Positions 49,601-59,326 of a stretch of DNA of 64,000 nucleotides are shown piece after piece (position 1 is the first letter of the stretch; each line of letters begins with the position of its first letter). The notes beneath the pieces are model-generated. The model searched no databases. It saw only the letters and a program-made list of their open reading frames with translations, and had not been told where the DNA came from. This DNA comes from Halobacteriovoraceae bacterium (lineage in GTDB: Bacteria > Bdellovibrionota > Bacteriovoracia > Bacteriovoracales > Bacteriovoracaceae), in NCBI GenBank assembly GCA_963719505.1, contig CAVRCF010000005.1, positions 768,001 through 832,000 of the forward strand, in the 5' to 3' direction. Made by a program: the position numbers and the translations under genes.

Positions 49601-52552
49601 GACTTAACTGAACCATCTGGTACACAGAATGTCGGTACCGAGATAAATCCAGGACGCCCAGCGACCGCTTTGGATTATTCCAGTTCTGATAATATAATTT
49701 ACCAAAGACTTGTGACGATCCCTGCTGGTGAGAGCTCTTACAATATTGTTCTAGATCTCAATAGCGGTGATACTATCTATGAGAATATAGAACAATTTAT
49801 TGTCGAGATCGACGTGGATGATATTGCTCCTCCAACTTACTACCCTTACACCGTCAATAACGCTCATAATACTTTTGTCGTTAATATTATAGAAAAAGAT
49901 GCTGTGCCATCGGTTTCTTTGACGACGTTGCCATTGGATCAACCCGAGGGACTGGATAATACAACTGCAGCTGGTGATGCAGGTGTTTCGGCTATTCAAG
50001 TAGCGGCTGATGGTACGGCAGCACAAGCCCTTACAAAAACAAGTCTAGATTTTGCTTTTACCGTCTCAGCTTTTCATCAACACGAAGCGATGACTTTTAC
50101 ATTGGCCTTTACCGGCTCAGCGAAATTTATTGCAAACTACACGACTAAAGATCAGTTTATGACAGAAGACTATATGTTAGATATTCCAGGACCTACGGGA
50201 AATACATTAATTAATAGTTCGGGATCATCGATTGAATTTACCATACCGGCAGCTTATGACGATGCTCCAACACTAACAGAGACGATAACAACTTTAATCT
50301 TTGCGGATTTTCAATTTGAAACTGATGAAACTATTATTGCAACATTGCAAGATGCCGACATTATCACTTTAGGCTCTCCTGCAAGCCATACTTTAACTAT
50401 TGAAAACGATGATAAGCCACCTGCACTTGTGGCGTTGATAGATGAACAGTCTTTTCCTTTTACTATGGAAGAATCTGAAGGTTTAAAAACTGTCGATGTT
50501 TACCCTTCAGATGACGCTGGTGTTTTCACCGGAGAATTTATCACAGAAGTCCCCTTCACATTGGCCGTTGAAGTCGAAACGTCAAGACGTCAGACAGTAA
50601 GTGTTACTCCTTATGCAAATATCAATCTATCAATAAATGAAGCCTCTGCTTTTAGAACATCTTTTGATGTTTCACCAACTCTCACAGGAGACTATAGAAG
50701 ATACAGGCAAATCAATTTAAACTTTGACCCTGAAGATGGAAAAACCTCAAATGATTTAGGGATGACAAGTCAAATAACACTAGAAGTTCCAGAACCAAAA
50801 CTTGCACTTAGTAAATCGGGAGATACCGTTGGAACAAATTTTAAAGGTCACACTTGTTCTCTCTATAGAGGTCAGGTGACCTGTTTTGGAAATAATGAAT
50901 TTGGGCAATTAGGACGAGAAAATACAATAAACTTCGGAGGAAATCCTTCTGATACAGTTACCTCTCAGGCACAAGTAATCAATTTTGGGGTCAATAACTT
51001 TGGTGTCGCCCACTATATAAAAGACATCGCCCTTGGTAAGAACCATACTTGTGTTTTAACCTCTACAAACGAAGTTAAATGTTTTGGTGATAATCAATTT
51101 GGTCAACTGGGTTATGGAAATACATCGAACTACGGTGATACCACCGGCTCAATGGGAGCATCTTTACCAACAGTTAATCTAGGATCCACAGATGAAGTCG
51201 ATTCTATCATCGCTTTAAACCACTCAACATGTGCCCTTATGGGTGGAACGACAATTAAGTGTTGGGGAAAAAATGATGTGGGTCAAGCGGGAATTGGAAA
51301 TATCGATGATACCGATATTGGCTCTAGCTCATCAGAGATGAGTACTAACCTCACCCCAGTTACTTTTTCAGGAGTCGAAATTGACATGATCGCCGGCGGT
51401 GGAGAGCATGCCTGTGCAAGAATTACAAATACAAATGAATTAAAATGCTGGGGCCGAAATGTTGAAAGCCAATTAGGTTTAAATAACTCCCTCTTTGTCT
51501 TCAGTGATCTCAATCACGGAGACGAGCCAGGCGAGCCAGGGTTAAGTGCCAACTTAAACACAGCACTAACCATCACAAGTATGAGTCTGGGTCAACGCCA
51601 TACATGTGTCACTTTTAGTGGAGCAACCTTTAATACCAGATGCTTTGGTGACAACAGAGCAGGACAACTTGGAATGGGAAGAACCTTCTCTTTAGGAAGA
51701 GACCTCAACCCTCTTTACACAAGTACACCAAGTAATATTCTATACTACCTAGGTTCTAGCATAAACTTTCAAGGCTATGAAGACCTCGAAAGTATTGGCG
51801 ATAGCGCTTCACCTGGAAATGTTCCTGTCGCTGCCATCACAAATAACCAGTACGTTCAAATTCGTGAACCCGCAAGCTCGCTTGCCTCAGGAGACTCACA
51901 CACATGTGGGACTTACGATCATTACTATAATCAAACGGGTGTGAGAACACTTGGAAAAAATATTAGATGTTGGGGATCAAGTTATAAATATGGAACGACT
52001 CTCGAGACTGGAGCTCTCAATAATATTGGAACAAGTGACGACTTTGGGGGTATCTGGAATTCAGTTCAATTGAGACCCTACCCTTTAACAGCTGGCCAAA
52101 ATGATATCTACAAACAAAACTTAAGATTTATTGGCGATGGAAGCTATAATAGTAATGGGGCTCAAAATCCTCTCTATACTTTTGTCGAAAATTCTTTTTT
52201 AGCTGATCACGAGTATGGCTGGGTTAGCAATTTTTTTACCGATGGAGCCTTTAGAACCTTAAACTTTGAACTCAATTATTTATATTCTATGAGTCGAGAC
52301 TCACTAAATATTTGGGCCAATGGCATTGATGACATAAAAGTCTACTCAGGTGGTGAACACGTCTGTGCGTACCTAGAAGATACCTCTCAAAATCAATTCG
52401 AACAGATTAATGATCGCTATCAATTTATGTGTTGGGGTGCCAATGCCAATGGACAAACTGGAACGGCCACAGCGACCTGTGCAAAGCCTGGATCGAGCCT
52501 TGCTTGTGCCAATACAGCTCTTCCCCTTCGAAAGCTCAATTACACCTATTAG
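46682..52552 (+). CDS. Giant lipoprotein with tandem Calx-beta domains and C-terminal RCC1-like repeats
   Basis: TTG start after TAAGGA; lipobox AMAC; repeated D..(F)E..E.F...I.DDD units; HTC...KC(F/W)G.N..GQLG repeats (the ORF track starts at 46601). Confidence 0.8.
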   Translation: MKFYGLNILFIIIVAMACNVAPQDSQTPKSESNAVDFPTLNYNQKFSFNTAVETTTETNGVFTTMLTRTGANFPQTQNVIMRLGGTAENEDLSAILVNGAPAVFISSTQFIATFPEGTNSLSVSLVTFDDTIFEEQEFFKISLEPNGRDYGITGNTEFSVIINDNDQYPTASFATSTYSGNEGTNINVTVSVSNLTEGDIHIPIVFDASGSTVTQNDTNFSNQTLVFNQTTGMVQQISIQLSNDIFNELDEVLKLKIETPLQAIVGPIPSTEITIQDSGALPSYSLSSSTYSFNESGGGNQFNLVLQMTGTVENEIVVPISTVITAGNIIEGVDYTKSNSTFIIPAGSTNATSTITFTAIDDNIWEGNESFDVSIPNTTYANAFGNTTAAITLNDVGETAPTIGFIATNYQTTEGNTFQLPIELDFRSSVPITIDYVVDTVSLDSATPGTDHSLLASGTFTIPAGTKIFTRPILISNDGIYDQGEKIRITISNPSQGSIGTASSSININEAGGLATVSFATALSTGTEGTTSQVDLTLSKVSQNPQSFKILVDEIGATSLDFDDLVDISANCTIAKDVPTEHRYTITIAAGETNCPIGIPIITNDDTLDEPTEEIRLRILQPETLNIGTIGLHNFNIEDDDAPSTATLSVANATVDEGLSETFTITLDKASGFDLYINIGVDGSSQATINTDYTLSTQSVLIQKGQTTQTFTLDSIADGNFEDANELVVLNIDAGPNYTIGVPATQSIEITELESAPLVSIRGALSENFNENDIVNIIFELDKPTYQNILVRFERNFTGTFCDTAPAPPVAPNECAIMAEDVPELDAHVGYVIIPAGSTQASLSFKILADNLFELDRPEAFEIALDSVSAANTYTVDGLGNPDVITPYPTIAPGAVTAKEIIITDVDVPSVARFIGDKFVVKNEGDATSLVIPFFLTTPSAQDTTFKVMIKQSEDTETYKPDANDFTPGANFYDLTEPSGTQNVGTEINPGRPATALDYSSSDNIIYQRLVTIPAGESSYNIVLDLNSGDTIYENIEQFIVEIDVDDIAPPTYYPYTVNNAHNTFVVNIIEKDAVPSVSLTTLPLDQPEGLDNTTAAGDAGVSAIQVAADGTAAQALTKTSLDFAFTVSAFHQHEAMTFTLAFTGSAKFIANYTTKDQFMTEDYMLDIPGPTGNTLINSSGSSIEFTIPAAYDDAPTLTETITTLIFADFQFETDETIIATLQDADIITLGSPASHTLTIENDDKPPALVALIDEQSFPFTMEESEGLKTVDVYPSDDAGVFTGEFITEVPFTLAVEVETSRRQTVSVTPYANINLSINEASAFRTSFDVSPTLTGDYRRYRQINLNFDPEDGKTSNDLGMTSQITLEVPEPKLALSKSGDTVGTNFKGHTCSLYRGQVTCFGNNEFGQLGRENTINFGGNPSDTVTSQAQVINFGVNNFGVAHYIKDIALGKNHTCVLTSTNEVKCFGDNQFGQLGYGNTSNYGDTTGSMGASLPTVNLGSTDEVDSIIALNHSTCALMGGTTIKCWGKNDVGQAGIGNIDDTDIGSSSSEMSTNLTPVTFSGVEIDMIAGGGEHACARITNTNELKCWGRNVESQLGLNNSLFVFSDLNHGDEPGEPGLSANLNTALTITSMSLGQRHTCVTFSGATFNTRCFGDNRAGQLGMGRTFSLGRDLNPLYTSTPSNILYYLGSSINFQGYEDLESIGDSASPGNVPVAAITNNQYVQIREPASSLASGDSHTCGTYDHYYNQTGVRTLGKNIRCWGSSYKYGTTLETGALNNIGTSDDFGGIWNSVQLRPYPLTAGQNDIYKQNLRFIGDGSYNSNGAQNPLYTFVENSFLADHEYGWVSNFFTDGAFRTLNFELNYLYSMSRDSLNIWANGIDDIKVYSGGEHVCAYLEDTSQNQFEQINDRYQFMCWGANANGQTGTATATCAKPGSSLACANTALPLRKLNYTY

Positions 52553-52763
52553 TAGGCAACTATTGTAGTCACCCAAACTTTTAAAAACCAAGCCTTAAAG
52601 TACTGATATAGGCTCTAACCTTCTGAAATCATGTAAAAATACTCCAATGCCCCCTCCAATAAGCCCTGTAGCCTGAGAAAATAGATAAGGGAATTATTAA
52701 AGTCTTTAAAGAAACGGTTTAAATCACCGAAAAGATAATGGGATAAACAAAATTGGGATAAAT

Positions 52764-55700
52764 ATGCAAACTAAACTGAAAACGACATTTCTAAAATCTT
52801 GGATGATGACAGTACTTTTGAGTATGACAATGCTCTCTTGTCTCCCCGTTCAAAAGAAAACTCAGTGTGGAGAAAATGAAGCTTTCAACGCAACAAAAAG
52901 AAAGTGTGTTCCAGTGATTGGAGCCTCTACAAGTAATACCGTTTTTATCGGTGCAAAGTTTCCAGCAAATTCATACTCTATTCCAAAATCTGTAACAACA
53001 GGTTCAACTCACACCGTTGCAGTAAGTGATGTTTATAATTATGGTTTTACCGTTGACTGGTATGTTCACGCATCCGGTTCAACTTCAACAGTTCCACAAA
53101 GACAGGACTCTGTTACTTTTGACTTTATTCCAAGTATCTTTGGCCCAGGAACATATGTGGTTGAAGCTATTCTTTACGATCAAGATGGTGTGAATCAACT
53201 CGACAGTACAACATGGAATGTTATCGTAGAAAATTTAGTTGCCCCCGTTTTGACTTCAACAAGTCCATCGGCGACAGCCTTTTCATATTTAAATACAATA
53301 ACAACAACAAGGACTCACTCTGCTGTTATTAGTTCACCTGACTTAGAAGATGGAAGATACTATATTTACCTCGATGGTGTTCTCGTTGCACCAGATGGAT
53401 TTCCATCTCCAACTTCTGTTCCTTTTAACTCGACAACAACTTTGGCAAGTTACTCATTTGTTCCAGGTGATCTCACTAACGGCTCTCATACACTTGAGAT
53501 AAAAATTCATGATGGAACAACAAGTGATCCTCTTTTTGACTCTTATGTTTGGCAGATCAATATTATTGATCCAGACTATCCGGTGATTCAACCAATTGGA
53601 AATAGCACGGTTCCAAAGCTTACACAGACAATCACAGTTGTTGATGGCGTTACATTTGGTGCTGGTGGATGGTCTAATCCTTCCGGAATAAACCTCGTGA
53701 CCTTATCTCCTACCAATCGTGGGCTTTGTGTAGAGTTTGATAATGTCGACAAGCTAACCCCAATGGGAGTGGCTGACATCACTGTTGTCATGTCCGTAAA
53801 TGGAATTGACTTTGAACCTAATGCTCAAAGAGAAGGCACAACAAATGTGTTCTGTGCAACGACGACAAATTTAAATAATGCTCAAACATACTTTAACCTC
53901 TCTAACCCAGATGTTGCTGAAGCACGAACAATCACCGTTAAGACTTACGCTGTGGGAACGACAAATTTAATTGAAGCTCTCAGCTGGAACGTTGCGGTTA
54001 GACCTACAAATATTAGACCTGTTATTTCAATTGATGGTGCTAATACGTCATCTCTTCTGGGATGTTCGGCGACAAACGCTGTAACTTACACAGGGTGTAC
54101 CTTAACTCAATCAGTTAATAACGATAGAGACTCCGACAACTATGATTACACTGGACCACTAGATAGCGCGGCAATCGCAGCTAGTAACTTTGCCATCAAT
54201 ATCGATTACGATCCTGATATTCAAGCTGAAACAGATTATCAAGTTAAGTTTCAAGTAAAACCAGCTGGTTCAGGTTCATGGGAAGATATCGATGTTCTAT
54301 CAGTAGGACTGCAGACTAATTCTCCAGCAAGTAACTATACTTATTCCGATTGTACTTACTCTCCTACTGAGACATCTGGAACTTTGCCTTCATCAAATAA
54401 ACTTATCTGTGCCCTTCGCATGGATGCCTTTAATAACAGCGGACCTCTTCCAAGTGGTGCTTATATTTTAAGGGCCTATATTACAGATGCTAATAATGGA
54501 GTTGGTTCAGGAACACCTAAAGAATCAAATATTGTTTCTTGGTCAATAAACGTTTTAGAAAATCAAGACACCGGTTCTATAACTATCGCTCCTTTTATTA
54601 CTGCTGGTTCAAGTACACCTCAAAACTATTTTGTTAATGGACAAGATCAAGGGGCGACAACTCTTACGCAGTCATTTGCCAATAGTTCTTCAGCGACAAC
54701 AACAGCACAAGCTGTTGGTACGGAGAAGTTTACAATCACTATTAACTCTCTTGTTAGAGATACTCAACGAGATGACTTTACGATTAGCGTCTCCGCTGAC
54801 AACGGACTTTTAGGTGGACAAACGGCCTTGGCGTCAACTTCATTAAAAGAACGTCTTGATAGTAGAGAGTGGGTTCGTGTTCAAACGACAGTGATCCTTC
54901 CGGAATGGATGGTAACGGGTGCGGCAAGCCAGGCGAGAAACTTTTATATTACAGTTCAAGATAGACCTGAAAGCTACACTCCTGTTTGTACAACTTGTGC
55001 CAGTGATACAGAAATCTTGACTTTAACAATCACTAACACTAACCCACCACCAAGCTTTACTGATCCAGCGGGAGCCGCAGATGTTGACCTCATTGGATTC
55101 AAAGCTTTTGCAGGGCAACCTTTTTCTGTGCCATTTACGACAGCGGGTTTTCTAGACACAAGTATTTTTGATGGAAATAATGTCACTTGGCAGTGGAGAA
55201 TCAGTCTTGATGGCGGTGGAACTTTTGACGACATACCAAATGCTAATAGCGATAATCAAGTGACTCCGGCTCTTACATGGACACCAAACCACGATATTGC
55301 CAACGCACAAGATGTTCAGCTTCAACTTTGTCTTGGTGATGATGGTTTTGGAAATGATGTTTCAACTTGTACTATCTCTAAAACATGGACCAATTTAACG
55401 GCCTACCAAGCGACGTCAAAACTGGCGCGCTCTGAAGTGAATACTTCAAGTGGTAATGAAGCGGCAAACTGGTTTGACTCTAGCACAAAGAGTCTCTACA
55501 CCACTTATACTAGTGGGACCACAATTTATGTTGAAAAACAAAAATTCAATGATGTGACACAAGAATTTGAAAATATTCACTCGATTGCTTTTCCAACTGA
55601 AGATATCAATGCGTCTCAAACTCCGGTTATCGCAGAAGGTCTCTCTATTGACGGAACAGATGGTGGCGCTCTCATCATTTCATACAAAGTGACTCAAGCG

Positions 55701-57146
55701 GGTACAAATAGTCCTCAGTTTAGAATTAGAAGAATAGATCTTACCAATGATAAATTAAACTTTAACTACTGTGGATTTTACACTCCTACAGATAATGGAT
55801 CACACACTGGTTGTATCTCAAGCGATAAGGTTGGAGCAACGGCTGGTTTACTTGGAGCCACCATTTCTAGTGGAAGCCCAAGACAACTCGCAATCACTTT
55901 CACTGGTCCAGCTTCTGGAGTTTTTGAGCTCATTACCAATAGCGGTGCAACTGTTACCTTTAACTACGGTGGACCGACAGTTGTTGGAACAGATACCGTA
56001 GGATTTTGTGACGGTGGATGTGGATCGACAACAGCAACGGCAACGGCTTTAGCAGATGCTATTAATAACGTTGACGGTATAACTGATGCTGACTCTCCTG
56101 AAATTTTTGACCTCGCTCAAGAAATCTCTGCGACAGTCGCTGGCAGTACAGTTACCATTACTGGTGCTAATGAGTTCGACTATTACGATGAAAGCTCAGC
56201 TACTGCATCTTATGTCGGAAATGTTAAGATTATCGATGGAACGACATGGGTTCTTCCCATCGCTGATGGAGCAAGTTCTTTAAAAGTAAAAATTGGCTCT
56301 GGTGCAGGGGTTAATAATGTTGCTGGATTAAACTCCACTCCTCTAGGTTCAACACTTCTTTTAAGTGGAACTGGAATTAACAACCAAGAACTTGTTCAAG
56401 TTGAACTTGGAGCAAGTCTTTATATCGGAACCGTTAATAATATTGGAAATATGAGCCTTTATAAAATCGATAGAACCGGCTATGCCCTTCAAGGCAGCCT
56501 GATGAATATCTTTACCCTTAGCAATTATGATTCAATAGAGAGTCTCTCTATTGATGGTCAAAGTGTGGGTGGAGATAAGATCATAGCCTCAGCGGTCAGT
56601 TTAAGTTCTGGTGGAGAGAGAGATTTGGCCATGGCCATTATTAACGTCACTGGAGCGCCGACGCTTACCTCTCAATTAGAAAAAGTTTCTGCAGGATCAG
56701 GACTTGAGCATTACGTTGAAAATCTTGATCGAGTAAAAGTCGTTGCTGACACATCGATCTCTGGCTCAAGCTTCGTGGCCCTTACAACAACAATTGGTGC
56801 TACCATTAATCCAAATAGCGCTTATATTGTAAAAGTTAATAACCTTAACTTCCAGGACTATAATTATCCAAAACTCAATATCAATGATGTCTCTCCAGGA
56901 TCGGCAATTGCTGTCTCTCCTATTGCAAACTTAACAGCAATTGGACATCTAGCAGCTCCGGTTGCAACGAATATTCTTCCAGCACCTGCTGAGGATGGGG
57001 TTTTAAATCCACTCTTCTTCACTTTTCATGAAGCAGATACGGGAAATAAAGTGAGATCTGGATATTTCCATACGGATACAACAAATATTACGACAGATAG
57101 TACTGCCGTATCCGGAAGTTTCCCAGGTTTCATAGGTAATAACTGA
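52764..57146 (+). CDS. Giant Thr/Ser-rich surface lipoprotein with probable Ig-like domains
   Basis: Lipobox MLSC; beta-rich modules ending W.V.V; Cys pairs. Confidence 0.7.
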   Translation: MQTKLKTTFLKSWMMTVLLSMTMLSCLPVQKKTQCGENEAFNATKRKCVPVIGASTSNTVFIGAKFPANSYSIPKSVTTGSTHTVAVSDVYNYGFTVDWYVHASGSTSTVPQRQDSVTFDFIPSIFGPGTYVVEAILYDQDGVNQLDSTTWNVIVENLVAPVLTSTSPSATAFSYLNTITTTRTHSAVISSPDLEDGRYYIYLDGVLVAPDGFPSPTSVPFNSTTTLASYSFVPGDLTNGSHTLEIKIHDGTTSDPLFDSYVWQINIIDPDYPVIQPIGNSTVPKLTQTITVVDGVTFGAGGWSNPSGINLVTLSPTNRGLCVEFDNVDKLTPMGVADITVVMSVNGIDFEPNAQREGTTNVFCATTTNLNNAQTYFNLSNPDVAEARTITVKTYAVGTTNLIEALSWNVAVRPTNIRPVISIDGANTSSLLGCSATNAVTYTGCTLTQSVNNDRDSDNYDYTGPLDSAAIAASNFAINIDYDPDIQAETDYQVKFQVKPAGSGSWEDIDVLSVGLQTNSPASNYTYSDCTYSPTETSGTLPSSNKLICALRMDAFNNSGPLPSGAYILRAYITDANNGVGSGTPKESNIVSWSINVLENQDTGSITIAPFITAGSSTPQNYFVNGQDQGATTLTQSFANSSSATTTAQAVGTEKFTITINSLVRDTQRDDFTISVSADNGLLGGQTALASTSLKERLDSREWVRVQTTVILPEWMVTGAASQARNFYITVQDRPESYTPVCTTCASDTEILTLTITNTNPPPSFTDPAGAADVDLIGFKAFAGQPFSVPFTTAGFLDTSIFDGNNVTWQWRISLDGGGTFDDIPNANSDNQVTPALTWTPNHDIANAQDVQLQLCLGDDGFGNDVSTCTISKTWTNLTAYQATSKLARSEVNTSSGNEAANWFDSSTKSLYTTYTSGTTIYVEKQKFNDVTQEFENIHSIAFPTEDINASQTPVIAEGLSIDGTDGGALIISYKVTQAGTNSPQFRIRRIDLTNDKLNFNYCGFYTPTDNGSHTGCISSDKVGATAGLLGATISSGSPRQLAITFTGPASGVFELITNSGATVTFNYGGPTVVGTDTVGFCDGGCGSTTATATALADAINNVDGITDADSPEIFDLAQEISATVAGSTVTITGANEFDYYDESSATASYVGNVKIIDGTTWVLPIADGASSLKVKIGSGAGVNNVAGLNSTPLGSTLLLSGTGINNQELVQVELGASLYIGTVNNIGNMSLYKIDRTGYALQGSLMNIFTLSNYDSIESLSIDGQSVGGDKIIASAVSLSSGGERDLAMAIINVTGAPTLTSQLEKVSAGSGLEHYVENLDRVKVVADTSISGSSFVALTTTIGATINPNSAYIVKVNNLNFQDYNYPKLNINDVSPGSAIAVSPIANLTAIGHLAAPVATNILPAPAEDGVLNPLFFTFHEADTGNKVRSGYFHTDTTNITTDSTAVSGSFPGFIGNN

Positions 57147-57184
57147 TTCTATTGCGCGATACTTAAGTTTTGTTAGAATAAGGT

Positions 57185-58072
57185 ATGAAAATAATTACAT
57201 TTTTATGCCTTACTCTACTCTTTTACTCGGAAAATTCATTTTCCTACGAACTTCATATTATTCAAGGCGTATCAAAAACAGGACAAACCTTTGTTACAAG
57301 AACAGGTAAAAAAGATGGTATTGTTCTAGGAAAACTCGTGACCTTTACCGCTGATGACATCAGTCTTATTGCAAAGGCCATCACAGTAACTAGAGAATTC
57401 ACTCAGTGGGAAGTCGAAAATAATACAGCTCAACTCCCCTTTAGAAAAGGCCAAGTCGTCACCGTCTATGATGCAACAGAATACCTTTGGGCCTTAACTC
57501 CTGAGAAAGTAAAAACGAAATTTATTAAATCAAAGCTCTATAATCCAAGAAAATCTTACGCCTTTCATACTTCATTTATTCGAGGATTAAGTGAAAGTGT
57601 CTCTGGAGTTGAAAATCAAGAAATTGAAAGAGGCGGCATCCAACTTGAAGGCTATCTTGAAAATGAGTTTAGCCTCAACTTTGCGCTGGCCTTTGGTATT
57701 CGTTATACGACAGAGACTATCAATGCTAATGAAGCTTCCCTAACCTCTAGCAGATTTTTAGGAATACTAGAGGCAAGATATTATTTTGATCCAATGAGAA
57801 ACTTCTATAATGCTAGACCCATGATAGGTCTGGGAGTTGGATACGGTCAATCTGCCACAGAGGCTGATGGTCTTACAAGTGCTGGTACCGCCCTGATACT
57901 TCCCATCACTAAGGTCGGTTTGAACTTTCCTCTATCCAAGAAGATGGAATTCTCTTTTGAGGCGGCTTTTGAGTCGATTGAAATAAATGAAGAGTTTGAA
58001 GAAGGAACAAAGCAAGTGACAACTGCTAGTAATATTAAAACCGGAATTGCTATAAAGAGATTCTTTCAATAA
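57185..58072 (+). CDS. Outer membrane beta-barrel protein with N-terminal soluble domain
   Basis: Signal peptide; GLGVGYG strand; C-terminal IAIKRFFQ. Confidence 0.6.
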   Translation: MKIITFLCLTLLFYSENSFSYELHIIQGVSKTGQTFVTRTGKKDGIVLGKLVTFTADDISLIAKAITVTREFTQWEVENNTAQLPFRKGQVVTVYDATEYLWALTPEKVKTKFIKSKLYNPRKSYAFHTSFIRGLSESVSGVENQEIERGGIQLEGYLENEFSLNFALAFGIRYTTETINANEASLTSSRFLGILEARYYFDPMRNFYNARPMIGLGVGYGQSATEADGLTSAGTALILPITKVGLNFPLSKKMEFSFEAAFESIEINEEFEEGTKQVTTASNIKTGIAIKRFFQ

Positions 58073-58073
58073 A

Positions 58074-58098
58074 AAAGGGCCCAATAATTGGACCCTTT
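58074..58098. terminator. Probable bidirectional terminator
   Basis: AAAGGGCCCAAT-A-ATTGGACCCTTT hairpin between convergent genes. Confidence 0.6.
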
Positions 58099-58122
58099 CT
58101 CACTTTTATCTAAAATATAATC

Positions 58123-59307
58123 TTAGTAAAAAATTGCGTTGATAACATCCATCGTTCTCTCTGGAGAGATACCATTTTTTGAACCAACAGTGTTTAGAAC
58201 TTCATCTAAAAGGTTTGAGTTCCCTTTCATTGATTCTTTAACTGCAAGCTCGATGTCTTTCATGTTTTTACCAATGATCGATACAGCAAATACATCTGCA
58301 TCTTTTTCAGTAAGTTCACGAGTACCAGCAAGCTTGTTAAATTGGTGAGCAACTGTTGCAATTTCTTTTGCACGATCAGCAGATAAACCAAACTTAGCGT
58401 TAAGCTGACCAGCCATTTGATTTAAGTAATGCTGCTCTTTAAGTGCTGCAAGTTTACCCATATCAACTGTTCCGTTATCAGCGTGGCTTAAAGCCATTGA
58501 TCCAGCAGAGCTTGAATCAAACTTTTGAAGGTTTGAATAATCAATTAAGTCAGCATTAACCATAGCTGCAAGCTTTACACTTGGGTTAGAAGACTTTGTT
58601 GAGAAACCAAGACCAGCATCATAACCATCGTCAAATCCAAGGTCATACCCTGCATCGTAACCATCGATTGATCCATCGTAGTCACCATCAGCCGCACCTA
58701 AATCATATCCGTAGTCAAATCCATCGATCTCACCATCAATATATCCAGTATCGAAACCAGCACTATAACCGTCAGCGTCTCCATCAGAGTACCCATCGTT
58801 ATAACCATTTGTGTACTCAATAGCTTCACCGTCAACATAACCATCTATGTAACCATCTTCTTGTCCAGCAACTGCACCGTCAACTGAACCATCAACTGCA
58901 CCGTCAACAGCTCCATCACTAGATCCATTATTAAAAGCTGAACCATAAGAGTTATTGTAAGCGATATCATAAGCGTCGTTGTAACCGTCAGTTTGACCAA
59001 TTCCATAATTGTCATTGAAACCGTCAGTAAAACCAGCACCGTAGTTATCGTTAGCTGTGTAGTAAACTTCACCGTCAGCATAACCTTCAGCAAATCCTGA
59101 GTCTACACCACTTGAGAAACCTGAGTTATAGTTAGTCTGGTAAGTAGCATCGTACCCATCATTGTAACCGGCATTATAACCATTTGATTGACCTTCAGAT
59201 GTTCCTGATATTTCACCAGCAGAAAATCCTTCAGCGTATTTATCTTTACAACCCGTTCCGATGAACGCTGTTGCCACTAATAAAACGATATATTTTTTCA
59301 TTTTCAT
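58123..59307 (-). CDS. Lipoprotein with G-[YF]-x-D tetrad repeats, paralog 2
   Basis: Lipobox FIGTGC; ~210-aa repeat region; helical C-terminal domain. Confidence 0.8.
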   Translation of the reverse strand: MKMKKYIVLLVATAFIGTGCKDKYAEGFSAGEISGTSEGQSNGYNAGYNDGYDATYQTNYNSGFSSGVDSGFAEGYADGEVYYTANDNYGAGFTDGFNDNYGIGQTDGYNDAYDIAYNNSYGSAFNNGSSDGAVDGAVDGSVDGAVAGQEDGYIDGYVDGEAIEYTNGYNDGYSDGDADGYSAGFDTGYIDGEIDGFDYGYDLGAADGDYDGSIDGYDAGYDLGFDDGYDAGLGFSTKSSNPSVKLAAMVNADLIDYSNLQKFDSSSAGSMALSHADNGTVDMGKLAALKEQHYLNQMAGQLNAKFGLSADRAKEIATVAHQFNKLAGTRELTEKDADVFAVSIIGKNMKDIELAVKESMKGNSNLLDEVLNTVGSKNGISPERTMDVINAIFY

Positions 59308-59326
59308 TCTCCTAAAGAAGTTGTTC

